Assembly: GCA_965278965.1 (NCBI GenBank) | Contig: OZ257127.1 | Span: 2,100,911 to 2,164,910, forward strand | Direction: 5' to 3' | DNA length: 64,000 bases | Origin: Actinomycetes bacterium | GTDB lineage: Bacteria > Actinomycetota > Actinomycetes > S36-B12 | Part shown: positions 22,800-31,353 of the stretch, in pieces | Layout: every line of letters starts with the position of its first letter | Numbering within the stretch: position 1 is the first letter of the stretch | Program-made: the position numbers and the translations under genes | The notes under the pieces: model-generated | Seen by the model: only the letters and a program-made list of their open reading frames with translations | The model's database searches: none | Told to the model about the DNA's origin: nothing

Positions 22800-23371
22800 C
22801 GCGGCGGGCGGCGGCGCAGGTAGAACGCGAAGCCGATGGCGATTCCGGCTGCCAGGCCGAGGCTGACCCAGGCGAGTGGCGGGATGCCGGAGCCACCCGA
22901 CGAGTCCTCGGTGGCCGTCGGCGGTGCGGTCGAGGCAGCGGGCTCGGCCGCGGGGTCGGCCGCGGGGTCGGCGGTGCCGGCCGGCGAGGCCGCGGCGCTC
23001 GCCGTGCCGATCGTCACGTGGACGCTCCCGTCGACCGGGTGGCCGTCCTCGGACACGACGCGGTACCCGATCGTCACGCCGCCGCTCGTGAGCGCCGCCG
23101 GCCACGCCACGGTCACGGTGCTGCCGTCGACGGCGATGTCGCCGAGGGACGCGGGCGAGCCCCCGTCCGGAACGATGCTGACGGCCACGGTGTCCGGCAG
23201 CAGGTCCTCGCTGAAGGTGAGGTCGACGGCCTCCGGCGCGGCGGGCAGAACGGCGCCGTCCGCCGGGCTGGAGGTGATGAGCTCGGCATGTGCGCTCGCC
23301 GACGGCGCCGTCGCGCCCAGGAGGACGGCGAGGACCGCCGCCACGGACGCCACGAGGGCCGCACGCTTCAC
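22796..23371 (-). CDS. copC: CopC-domain copper-binding protein with Pro/Ala-rich linker and C-terminal membrane anchor
   Basis: 3' part of ORF 22796..23716. GTG 23371 gives VKRAALVASVAAVLAVLLGATAPSASA|HAELITSSPADGAVL: a signal peptide, then the mature N-terminal His typical of CopC. The C-terminal segment WVSLGLAAGIAIGFAFYL is a TM. Confidence 0.78.
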   Translation of the reverse strand: MKRAALVASVAAVLAVLLGATAPSASAHAELITSSPADGAVLPAAPEAVDLTFSEDLLPDTVAVSIVPDGGSPASLGDIAVDGSTVTVAWPAALTSGGVTIGYRVVSEDGHPVDGSVHVTIGTASAAASPAGTADPAADPAAEPAASTAPPTATEDSSGGSGIPPLAWVSLGLAAGIAIGFAFYLRRRPPR

Positions 23372-23418
23372 GATGGGAGCGTACGACCCTCGAGGCGGAG
23401 TCCGACGAGGTCGGTCCG

Positions 23419-25260
23419 TCAGAACGCGTCCTCCGGCAGATCCATGAGGTCCAGGGTGGTCGCCTCGGCCACGGCCCGCTCGGCGGCCAGCAGGGGCAGT
23501 CGGTTCCGGGCGAACCAGCGAGCCGTCTCGACCTTGCCCTCGTAGAAGACGCGGTCGCGGTCCGACGGCCCGGCCGCGAGAGCGGCGATGGCGACGTCCG
23601 CCTGCCGCAGCAGCAGCCAGCCGATGATGAGGTCGCCACTGGCCATGAGCAGGCGTGTCGTGTTCAGGCCGACCTTGTAGATCTCGCGCGGCTCGGCCTG
23701 CGAGGCCATCGCCCACGTGCCGAGCACGCCGACGATGCCCTGCACGTCGTCGAGTGCTTTGCCGAGGAGCTCGCGCTCGGCCGCCAGGGCGCCGCTTCCC
23801 TCGTCGGCCTTGACCGTCTCGGTGATCTGAGCGGCGAGGTAGAAGATCGCCGTGAACTGGTCCTTGACCATCTTGCGGAAGAAGAAGTCCAGGCCCTGGA
23901 TCGCCGTCGTGCCCTCGTAGAGGGTGTCGATCTTCGCGTCGCGGATGTACTGCTCGATCGGGTAGTCCTGCAGGAAGCCGGAGCCGCCGTACGTCTGCAG
24001 TGCGACACCGAGCATCTCGTAGGAGCGCTCGGAGCCGACGCCCTTGACGACGGGCAGGAGCAGGTCGTTCATGCGCTCGGCCAGGTCGAGGTCGATCTCG
24101 GCGTCGCCGGCGGTACCGAGCCCGATGAGGTCCTGCCAGTAGGCCGTGTACGCGATGAGCGCGCGCATCCCCTCGGCGTACGACTTCTGCAGCATGAGGC
24201 TGCGTCGCACGTCCGGGTGGTGGGAGATCGTGACGCGCGGCGCTGCCTTGTCGGACTGCTGCGTCAGGTCGGCGCCCTGCACGCGCGTCTTGGCGTAGTC
24301 GAGAGCGTTCAGGTACCCGGTCGACAACGTCGCGATGGCCTTGGTCCCCACCATCATGCGGGCGTACTCGATGACCTTGAACATCTGCGCGATGCCGTTG
24401 TGCACGTCGCCGACGAGCCAGCCGATCGCGGGGTCGCTCGGGTCCGCGCCGAAGGTCAGCTCGCAGGTCGTCGAGACCTTCAGGCCCATCTTCTTCTCGA
24501 CGTTGGTCGCATAGACGCCGTTGCGGGCACCGATCTCCCCGGTCCCCAGGTCCACGTGGAACTTCGGCACGAGGAAGAGCGAGAGCCCCTTAGTGCCGGC
24601 TCGGGCACCCTCGGGCCTGGCCAGGACGAGGTGGACGATGTTGTCGGCCATGTCGTGCTCGGCTGAGGTGATGAACCGCTTGACGCCTTCGATCCGCCAG
24701 GTGCCGTCACCGTTGTCGATCGCCCGTGCGCGGCCGGCGCCGACGTCCGAGCCGGCGTCGGGTTCGGTGAGCACCATCGTTGCGCCCCAGCGGTTCTCGA
24801 CCATCAGCTCGGCCCAGCGCTTCTGGTCGGCGTTGCCGATGCCGTCGAGGATCGAGGCGAAGCCGGGACCGGACATGAACATGAAGGCGGCGGGGTTGCT
24901 GCCCAGAAGCATCTCGCTTGCGGCCCACCGCAACGACGGCGGAGCGCCGGTCCCGCCGAGGCTCTCGGGCAGGTCCAGCCGCCACCACTCGGAGTCCATG
25001 AGCGCACGGAAGGCCGCCTTGAAGCCCTCGGGCATCGTCACGGTCTTCGTCGCGGGGTCGTACACCGGCGGGTTTCGGTCGGCGTCGGCGAACGGTTCGG
25101 CAAGGGGCCCGCTGGCCAGGCGTTCCACCTCGTGGAGGATGTCGCGCGCGGTCTGCGGGTCCATGTCGGCGTACGGCCCTGCTCCCATACGCTCGGCAGC
25201 GCCGAACACCTCGAACAGGTTGAACTCCAGGTCGCGCAGGTTGCTGCGGTAGTGCGACAT
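23419..25260 (-). CDS. long acyl-CoA dehydrogenase (FadE5-like, about 610 aa class)
   Basis: ORF track 613 aa. The N-terminus [20 protein letters not shown], the ACAD middle and C-terminal domains, and an extra C-terminal helical domain match my memory of mycobacterial FadE5-type enzymes. Confidence 0.88.
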   Translation of the reverse strand: MSHYRSNLRDLEFNLFEVFGAAERMGAGPYADMDPQTARDILHEVERLASGPLAEPFADADRNPPVYDPATKTVTMPEGFKAAFRALMDSEWWRLDLPESLGGTGAPPSLRWAASEMLLGSNPAAFMFMSGPGFASILDGIGNADQKRWAELMVENRWGATMVLTEPDAGSDVGAGRARAIDNGDGTWRIEGVKRFITSAEHDMADNIVHLVLARPEGARAGTKGLSLFLVPKFHVDLGTGEIGARNGVYATNVEKKMGLKVSTTCELTFGADPSDPAIGWLVGDVHNGIAQMFKVIEYARMMVGTKAIATLSTGYLNALDYAKTRVQGADLTQQSDKAAPRVTISHHPDVRRSLMLQKSYAEGMRALIAYTAYWQDLIGLGTAGDAEIDLDLAERMNDLLLPVVKGVGSERSYEMLGVALQTYGGSGFLQDYPIEQYIRDAKIDTLYEGTTAIQGLDFFFRKMVKDQFTAIFYLAAQITETVKADEGSGALAAERELLGKALDDVQGIVGVLGTWAMASQAEPREIYKVGLNTTRLLMASGDLIIGWLLLRQADVAIAALAAGPSDRDRVFYEGKVETARWFARNRLPLLAAERAVAEATTLDLMDLPEDAF

Positions 25261-25364
25261 GACGATCCCTTCGGTTTGCTACCCACCGGTAGGTCCATGA
25301 TGCCTACTCACGGGTAACTTCCACAAGGGGGGCGGGCCCGCGAGTTTCTCCGGTCCGCCTCGCC

Positions 25365-25886
25365 GTGCCGACGGGCTGCCGGAACAATGGGCGCATGCCG
25401 GTGGCGCCCTGGACGGACTCCAAGACCCCCGTGGGTCCGCCGACCGCGGCCGACCCGACCGTCCGCTTCCTCGTGTACGCCGCGCTCGTCACCGGCGGCT
25501 GGTCAGGGATCGCCTGCCTCTTCGTCTACGCGATCGCCCGGATCGCCGGGATGGACTTCGTCGTGACGCGCGGCGGGGACGCCGTGCCGGAGCCGATCCG
25601 CTGGGTCGCGGTGCTCCTCGTCCCGTTGGTCGGGGCGCTCCTGTTCGCCCTGCTGGCATCGCTCCTGCGCGGTCGCTCGGCGGCCGGCCGCCTGACGTGG
25701 TGGATCGGCACGCTGCTCGCGGTCGCCTCGCTGTGGGTCCCGCTCGACCAGCCCGCGGAGGTCGGGTGGGCCACACGGCTCACCTTGGTCGCCATGCACC
25801 TGATCACCTGGCTGCTCGTCGTGCCGCAGATCGCCCGTATCGTCGGCGACTCCGAGCCGGGCCGCTCGGTCGAGCGCTCCGAGTAG
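25365..25886 (+). CDS. small integral membrane protein of unknown function (four hydrophobic segments)
   Basis: ORF track 173 aa (alternative ATG at 25395). Normal amino-acid composition for a membrane protein. No motif recognised with certainty; possibly the DUF6069 type. Confidence 0.55.
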   Translation: MPTGCRNNGRMPVAPWTDSKTPVGPPTAADPTVRFLVYAALVTGGWSGIACLFVYAIARIAGMDFVVTRGGDAVPEPIRWVAVLLVPLVGALLFALLASLLRGRSAAGRLTWWIGTLLAVASLWVPLDQPAEVGWATRLTLVAMHLITWLLVVPQIARIVGDSEPGRSVERSE

Positions 25887-25902
25887 TCGGCCGGAAGCGG
25901 CC

Positions 25903-27171
25903 ATGAAGCTCGCCGTCATCGGAGGCGGATCGACCTACACGCCGGAGCTGGTGGACGGCCTCGGCCGGCCGGGCGGGCCGCTGCACGTCGACGAGCTCGT
26001 CCTGATGGACCCGGACGAGGACCGGCTTGCCGTCGTCGGGGGGCTCGCGCAGCGCATCCTGGCGACCCGGGACGGCGCCATGCGGGTGCGGCTGACGACC
26101 TCGCTCGACGATGCCGTCGATGGCGCGACGGCGGTGCTCGCCCAGCTGCGCGTGGGCGGCCAGCAGGCGCGAGCGGGTGACGAGTCGTTCCCGCTGGAGT
26201 GCGGCTGCGTCGGTCAGGAGACGACCGGGGCGGGCGGGCTGGCGAAGGCACTGCGCACGGTGCCGGTCATGCGCGCGATCGCCGAGCGGGTCCGCGAGCG
26301 TGCGTTGCCGGAGGCCTGGCTCGTCGACTTCACCAACCCGGTCGGCATCGTGACGCGGGCCCTGCTGCAGGACGGCCACCGCGCCGTGGGCCTGTGCAAC
26401 GTCGCGATCGGGTTCCAGCGGCTGTTCGCGCAGTGGCTCGGCGTCGGCGCTGCGGACGTCCGGCTCGACCACGTCGGACTGAACCACCTCACCTGGATCC
26501 GCCACGTGCACGTCGACGGCACGGACCGCCTGCCGGAGATCCTCGCCGTCCACGGCGATGCGCTGGCCGAGCGGCTTGAGCTGCCGCGCAAGGTGATCGA
26601 GCGGCTCGGCGTCGTCCCGTCGTACTACCTGCGCTACTACTACGCGCACGACGAGGTCGTCGCCGAGGAGCTCGCGTCCGGCACGCGCGCGGAGGAGGTC
26701 CTGCGGATCGAGACGGAGCTGCTCGACCTGTACCGCGACCCGGCGCTCGTGACCAAGCCGGCGCTGCTCGAGCAGCGCGGGGGCGCCTACTACTCGGAAG
26801 CCGCGGTCGCGCTCCTCGGCTCGTTGCTCGGCGGTCCCGGTGCCGCGGGCGTGCACGTGGTCAACGTCGAGAACCGCGGACATCTCCCGTTCCTGCCTGA
26901 CGACGCGGTGATCGAGGTCCCGTGCGAGGTCGTCGACGGGATCATGACGCCCGTGCCGACCGCTCCGCTCGAGCCGCTGTACGCCGGGCTGGTCGGACAC
27001 GTCTTCGCGTACGAGGAGCTGGCGCTCGAGGCCGCCGTGCACGGTGGGCGTGAGCGGGTCTTCGACGCGCTGCTGGCGCACCCGCTGGTCGGCCAGGTCG
27101 CGCTGGCCGACGGCCTGACCGATCGGCTGCTGGCGCGCAATGCCGCGTTCTTGCCGTGGGCCATCACGTGA
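25903..27171 (+). CDS. glycoside hydrolase family 4 6-phospho-beta-glucosidase-like enzyme
   Basis: ORF track 422 aa. N-terminal NAD-binding MKLAVIGGGSTYTPELV and the GH4 block CNVAIGFQR..HVGLNHLTW. Confidence 0.85.
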   Translation: MKLAVIGGGSTYTPELVDGLGRPGGPLHVDELVLMDPDEDRLAVVGGLAQRILATRDGAMRVRLTTSLDDAVDGATAVLAQLRVGGQQARAGDESFPLECGCVGQETTGAGGLAKALRTVPVMRAIAERVRERALPEAWLVDFTNPVGIVTRALLQDGHRAVGLCNVAIGFQRLFAQWLGVGAADVRLDHVGLNHLTWIRHVHVDGTDRLPEILAVHGDALAERLELPRKVIERLGVVPSYYLRYYYAHDEVVAEELASGTRAEEVLRIETELLDLYRDPALVTKPALLEQRGGAYYSEAAVALLGSLLGGPGAAGVHVVNVENRGHLPFLPDDAVIEVPCEVVDGIMTPVPTAPLEPLYAGLVGHVFAYEELALEAAVHGGRERVFDALLAHPLVGQVALADGLTDRLLARNAAFLPWAIT

Positions 27172-28118
27172 GCCACGCGGCCGTCGTCGTGGCCGTCGAT
27201 GGTGGTGGCAGCAAGACGGACGTCGTGGTCACGGACGCGGCCACCGGCGCCGTCCTGTCCCGGGTCCGAGGACCGGGCTGCAGCCAGCACGTGATCGGGA
27301 TCGCTGCGGCCGTCCGGGTCATCGACGACGCGGTCCGCGCGGCGCTCACCGACGCGGGTGCTGCCGCGGGGGCCGTCGCGCACGCGGGCTGCTACCTGAC
27401 GGCGATCGACCTCGACGACGAGCAGCGGGCGATGTCCCGATCGCTCGGGGCGCTGCCGTGGGCGGGGCAGTCGTTGGTCGTCGAGAACGACGTGTTCGCG
27501 CTCCTGCGCGCCGGTACCGATGCCGCCGACGCAGCGGTCGTCGTCTGCGGGACCGGGATCAACGGGGCGGCGATCACGGCCGCCGGCCGCACCGCGCGCA
27601 TCCTCGCGCTCGGCACGATCTCCGGCGACTGGGGCGGTGCGAGCGGACTCACCGACGAGATGCTGTGGCACGCCGCCCGGGCGGAGGACGGACGGGGAGA
27701 ACCGACCGCCCTGCGCGAAGCCGTCCTTGAGTGGACCGGTCGGCCTGACATGCACGCGGTGGTCGTCGACATCCACACCGGCGTCCTCGCCCGGTCGGCC
27801 CTGTGGCCGCGGATCCCCGACCTCATGGCACTGGCACGGGCGGGCGACGCGATCGCGCAGGCCCTCGTCGAGCGGCAGGGCCGTGAGATCGCCACGCTGG
27901 CCGCGTCGCTGGTGGCGCGGGTCGGGCTGCTCGAGGTTCCCGTGCCCGTCGTCCTGGGCGGCGGCATCGGCAGCAGCGGCGACCCGCTACTCATGGCGGC
28001 GCTGGCCGCGGAGCTGGCGTCGCGAGCGCCGTACGCGCGAGTGGAGGTCGTCGCCCGTCCGCCGGTGGACGGGGCCGTGGATCTCGCTCTGGCCGCGGCG
28101 GAGGCGTTCGCGGGCTAG
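27168..28118 (+). CDS. BadF/BadG/BcrA/BcrD-type ATPase (N-acetylglucosamine-kinase-like sugar kinase)
   Basis: ORF 27156..28118. GTG 27168 overlaps the GH4 stop (GTGA). Phosphate-1 motif VAVDGGGSKTDVVV and later VVCGTGING. Confidence 0.72.
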   Translation: MSHAAVVVAVDGGGSKTDVVVTDAATGAVLSRVRGPGCSQHVIGIAAAVRVIDDAVRAALTDAGAAAGAVAHAGCYLTAIDLDDEQRAMSRSLGALPWAGQSLVVENDVFALLRAGTDAADAAVVVCGTGINGAAITAAGRTARILALGTISGDWGGASGLTDEMLWHAARAEDGRGEPTALREAVLEWTGRPDMHAVVVDIHTGVLARSALWPRIPDLMALARAGDAIAQALVERQGREIATLAASLVARVGLLEVPVPVVLGGGIGSSGDPLLMAALAAELASRAPYARVEVVARPPVDGAVDLALAAAEAFAG

Positions 28119-28128
28119 CGTTCGTGCC

Positions 28129-28608
28129 ATGAGGCGTCCGGTGACCATCACGATCGTCGCCGTGCTGCAGGTGCTCGCCTCGCTCGTCGCTGCGATCACG
28201 GCCTTCGACCTCATCGCCGACGCGTTCGAGCTCGCGTCGTCCGGCGTCTCCCAGAGCGTCGACGCGGCTCTCGCGGCCCAAGGGGTCGTCGACGTCGACC
28301 CCGGGATGCCGGCGCAGTCGACGTTCGCGGCGGGCATCCTCGTGCTCGCGCTGACACTGGGCCGCCTGGTCGCGACCGGCTACCTGATCCAGGGCCGGCG
28401 CTGGGCGCGGGTCGTCCTGACGGTCCTGGTCGCCGTGAGCCTGGCCGGTGGGCTGTCCTTCCTGTTCCAGGGGTTCATCTTGCGGACGACGCTCCTGGTC
28501 GCGTTCGACCTCGTCCTGCTGGCGCTGCTTTTCGACCGGCACACGAGCGCGTTCATCGACGCCCGGTCCGGCGGGAATGACCCCGACCCCTCGGTAGTTG
28601 AACGCTAA
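28129..28608 (+). CDS. small membrane protein of unknown function
   Basis: 3' part of ORF 27520..28608. ATG 28129 lies 10 nt after the kinase stop. About four hydrophobic segments; no recognisable motif. Confidence 0.5.
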   Translation: MRRPVTITIVAVLQVLASLVAAITAFDLIADAFELASSGVSQSVDAALAAQGVVDVDPGMPAQSTFAAGILVLALTLGRLVATGYLIQGRRWARVVLTVLVAVSLAGGLSFLFQGFILRTTLLVAFDLVLLALLFDRHTSAFIDARSGGNDPDPSVVER

Positions 28609-28634
28609 AGTAGATTAGAGCCGAGGAGGCCCCC

Positions 28635-29600
28635 ATGCCAGCGATTACCGCCGACACCCTGACCCTGCCCCGCGTCACCGCCGTTCCCGAGGAGACCGCC
28701 CGCCCGGTCGTGTCGGTCACGACCGCACCGACGGGCTTCGAGGGCGAGGGCTTCCCCGTGCACCGCGCGTTCGCGGGCGTGCCGCTGGAGTCCCTGGACC
28801 CGTTCATCCACATGGACCAGATGGGCGAGGTCGACTACGCCGCGGGCGAGCCGAAGGGCACGCCGTGGCACCCGCACCGTGGCTTCGAGACGTTCACCTA
28901 CCTCGTCGACGGCGAGTTCATCCATCAGGACTCCAACGGCGGCGGCGGCTCGATCACGCCGGGCGGCACCCAGTACATGACCGCCGGCGACGGGATCCTG
29001 CACATCGAGACCCCGCCCGAGGCGCTCGTGAAGTCCGGCGGCCTGTTCCACGGCGTGCAGCTGTGGATCAACCTTCCGCGGGAGAAGAAGCGCATCGCGC
29101 CGCAGTACCAGGACCTGCAGGGGCAGGACCTGTCGCTGCTCACGTCCGCGGACGGTGGCGCGCTCGTGCGCGTCCTCGCCGGCAGCATCGACGGGCACGC
29201 CGGTCCCGGCATCTCGCACACGCCGCTGGCGATCACGCACATCACGCTGGCGCCCGGTGCGCAGCTCGTGCTGCCGTGGCCGGCGGAGTACAACGCTCTC
29301 GCGTACGCGATGGCCGGCAGCGGGACCGTGGGCACCGAGCGGCGTCCGTTCCGCAGCGGCCAGCTCGCCGTCCTCGGCGAGGGTGGGTCGATCATTCTGC
29401 GAGCTGACGAGGTCCAGGAGTCACGTTCGCCGAACCTCGACGTGTTCCTGCTCGGTGGCGTCCCGCTGCGCGAGCCGGTCGCGGCGTACGGCCCGTTCGT
29501 GATGTCCAGCCAGGCCGAGCTGGTCGAGGCTTTCGAGGACTACCAGGCCGGGCGGCTCGGGACGATCCCGGCCGACGCGATCCAGCCGCACCGCGCGTAA
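28635..29600 (+). CDS. pirin-family bicupin protein
   Basis: ORF track 321 aa. RBS GAGGAGG upstream. Metal site context PWHPHRGFETFTYLVDGEF..H.DS.G. Confidence 0.9.
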   Translation: MPAITADTLTLPRVTAVPEETARPVVSVTTAPTGFEGEGFPVHRAFAGVPLESLDPFIHMDQMGEVDYAAGEPKGTPWHPHRGFETFTYLVDGEFIHQDSNGGGGSITPGGTQYMTAGDGILHIETPPEALVKSGGLFHGVQLWINLPREKKRIAPQYQDLQGQDLSLLTSADGGALVRVLAGSIDGHAGPGISHTPLAITHITLAPGAQLVLPWPAEYNALAYAMAGSGTVGTERRPFRSGQLAVLGEGGSIILRADEVQESRSPNLDVFLLGGVPLREPVAAYGPFVMSSQAELVEAFEDYQAGRLGTIPADAIQPHRA

Positions 29601-29611
29601 CCCCCACCGCC

Positions 29612-29681
29612 GAGGCGCCCCGAACGGTCGTAATTCCGGGTGGATTGCCCGTTTTGACGACCAGTGGAGGCGTCTCGGCGG
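29612..29681. repeat. long-hairpin intergenic element, family 2, copy A
   Basis: Shares with 32434-32504, in the same order and spacing, the blocks GCGCC, GAA(C/T)GGTCGT and GTTTT(GA/AG)CGACCA (32 nt from GGTCGT to CGACCA in both), plus an identical 14-mer AGGCGTCTCGGCGG (29668-29681). It ends exactly at the stop of the minus-strand gene 29682..30089. Confidence 0.6.
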
Positions 29682-30089
29682 TCAGGCTGGCCGCTGCCGC
29701 CGGTAGGTCTCCAGGTCGAAGTAGTCGCGCCACAGGCACACGCGATCTCCGCGGACCTCGAACACTGCGGCGATCGCGATCTCCACCCACGTGCCGTCGA
29801 CGAGGAAACGGTCGGTCCGCTCATGCATGACCGTCGACCCGCCCGCGACCTGACGGTGGACGACCCACTCGACCGCGGTCGCCGCCGCGGTCACGCCGCC
29901 GGACAGCACGCGGCGCACGCCGTCGGGGCCGTGCACGACGCCGATCGGGACGTTGTCGTAGACGATGTCGTCGGTGACGAGGGCGGACACGGCGTCGAGG
30001 TCGCGGCGTTCGCAGGCTGCGATGAGCGCGCTGACGACCTCGCCGGCGCGAACGCCGTCGACGTCGTCGGAAGGTAGCGTCGGGGGCAC
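29682..30089 (-). CDS. NTF2-fold protein, limonene-1,2-epoxide hydrolase/SnoaL-like
   Basis: ORF track 135 aa. Size and pattern (DDIVYDNVPIG...VFEVRGDRVCLWRDYFD) fit the LEH/SnoaL-like family. Confidence 0.65.
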   Translation of the reverse strand: MPPTLPSDDVDGVRAGEVVSALIAACERRDLDAVSALVTDDIVYDNVPIGVVHGPDGVRRVLSGGVTAAATAVEWVVHRQVAGGSTVMHERTDRFLVDGTWVEIAIAAVFEVRGDRVCLWRDYFDLETYRRQRPA

Positions 30090-30147
30090 GCGGTCACCGT
30101 ACGGGTGGCCGCGACGGCGGGCAACGACTCTTTCGAAGGAGCCTGCG

Positions 30148-31353
30148 ATGCGCAGTGCGGTGATCGTCGATGCGGTGCGGACCCCGACGGGCCGGCGTGG
30201 TGGCCTGCTGAGCGGCTGGCAGCCGGCCGACCTCGGCGCCGTGGTCCTTCAAGCGCTCGCCGAGCGCAACGATCTCGACCCCGCGCGGGTCGACGACGTC
30301 ATCTGCGGGTGTGTGCACCAGGTCGGCGCGCAGGCCTACAACCTCGGCCGGCTGTCGGTCCTGGCCGCCGGATGGCCGGAGTCCGTGCCCGCCACGACGA
30401 TCGACCGCCAGTGCGGCTCGTCGCAGCAGGCACTGCACTTCGCCGCGCAGGGCGTCATGGCCGGCGCCTATGACGTCGCGGTGGCGATGGGCGTCGAGGT
30501 CATGAGCCTGGTGCCGCTGGGGTCGAGCATCGTCCGCCAGTTCGGTGACCCGTTCGCCGGGGGCGTGGCCGAGCGCTACGCGGACCGGGAGACCTTCGGC
30601 GTGCCCGGACTGATCCCGCAGGGGCTGTCGGCGGAGCTGCTTGCCGAGCGCTGGGACCTGTCCCGTGAGCAGCTCGACGCGTTCGGCCTGCGCAGCCAGG
30701 AGCGGGCCGCCGCCGCCCGCGACGCCGGACACTTCGACGCCGAGCTCGTCGACCTGCCGGCCATCCGGCTCGACCCGGAGTCAGGGGAGCGCACGACCAC
30801 CGGCGACCTGGTGACCAGTGACGGTGGGATCCGGCCGACGACGCTGGAGGCGCTGGCGGGCCTCAAGCCCGCGTTCCTGCCGGACGGGCGAATCACCGCC
30901 GGCACCAGCTCGCAGATCGCCGACGGTGCTGCCGCTGTCCTCGTCATGGACGAGGAGATCGCGGCTGCGGAGGGGTTCGTGCCCCTCGCGCGGGTGACCG
31001 CGTTCGCCGTGGCCGGCGACGACCCCGTCGCGATGCTCAGCGCGCCGATCCCGGCGACCCGTCGCATCCTCGACCGTGCCGGCCTGACCGTCGACGACGT
31101 CGACCGGTACGAGATCAACGAGGCCTTCGCCTCCGTCGTCCTCGGCTGGCAGCACGAGCTGGGCGTCGACCCCGACCGCGTCAACGTCAACGGTGGCGCG
31201 ATCGCTCTGGGCCACCCGCTCGGGGCCTCCGGCGCGCGCCTGACGGCGACGCTCGTCCATGAGCTCGTGCGCTCCGGGACACGTCGCGGCCTGCAGACCA
31301 TGTGCGAGGGCGGTGGCATGGCGAACGCAACCCTCCTGGAGTCGCTCGCGTGA
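30148..31353 (+). CDS. acetyl-CoA C-acyltransferase (thiolase)
   Basis: 3' part of ORF 29965..31353. ATG 30148 follows GAAGGAG. Active-site Cys context IDRQCGSSQQA. C-terminal NVNGGAIALGHPLGASG and MCEGGGMA. Confidence 0.9.
   Translation: MRSAVIVDAVRTPTGRRGGLLSGWQPADLGAVVLQALAERNDLDPARVDDVICGCVHQVGAQAYNLGRLSVLAAGWPESVPATTIDRQCGSSQQALHFAAQGVMAGAYDVAVAMGVEVMSLVPLGSSIVRQFGDPFAGGVAERYADRETFGVPGLIPQGLSAELLAERWDLSREQLDAFGLRSQERAAAARDAGHFDAELVDLPAIRLDPESGERTTTGDLVTSDGGIRPTTLEALAGLKPAFLPDGRITAGTSSQIADGAAAVLVMDEEIAAAEGFVPLARVTAFAVAGDDPVAMLSAPIPATRRILDRAGLTVDDVDRYEINEAFASVVLGWQHELGVDPDRVNVNGGAIALGHPLGASGARLTATLVHELVRSGTRRGLQTMCEGGGMANATLLESLA

Noticed and set aside
20860-22896. A 678-aa minus-strand ORF and a 554-aa plus-strand ORF (21087..22751) inside the CopD-CtaG gene.
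   Set aside because: Both are extreme Arg/Gly/Pro/Asp-rich shadow frames with no hydrophobic segments or motifs. These are typical high-GC artefacts.
22800-23639. N-terminal 280 aa of the 951-aa ORF 20784..23639.
   Set aside because: It overlaps the CopC gene in another frame and has low-complexity Arg/Pro/Gly composition. GTG 22799 overlaps the CopC stop and precedes the first TM segment.
25261-25364. A small palindrome CTACC-CACC-GGTAG upstream of the FadE5-like gene, as a possible operator.
   Set aside because: It has only 5-bp arms. That is expected by chance in GC-rich DNA, and there is no second copy or adjacent regulator gene.
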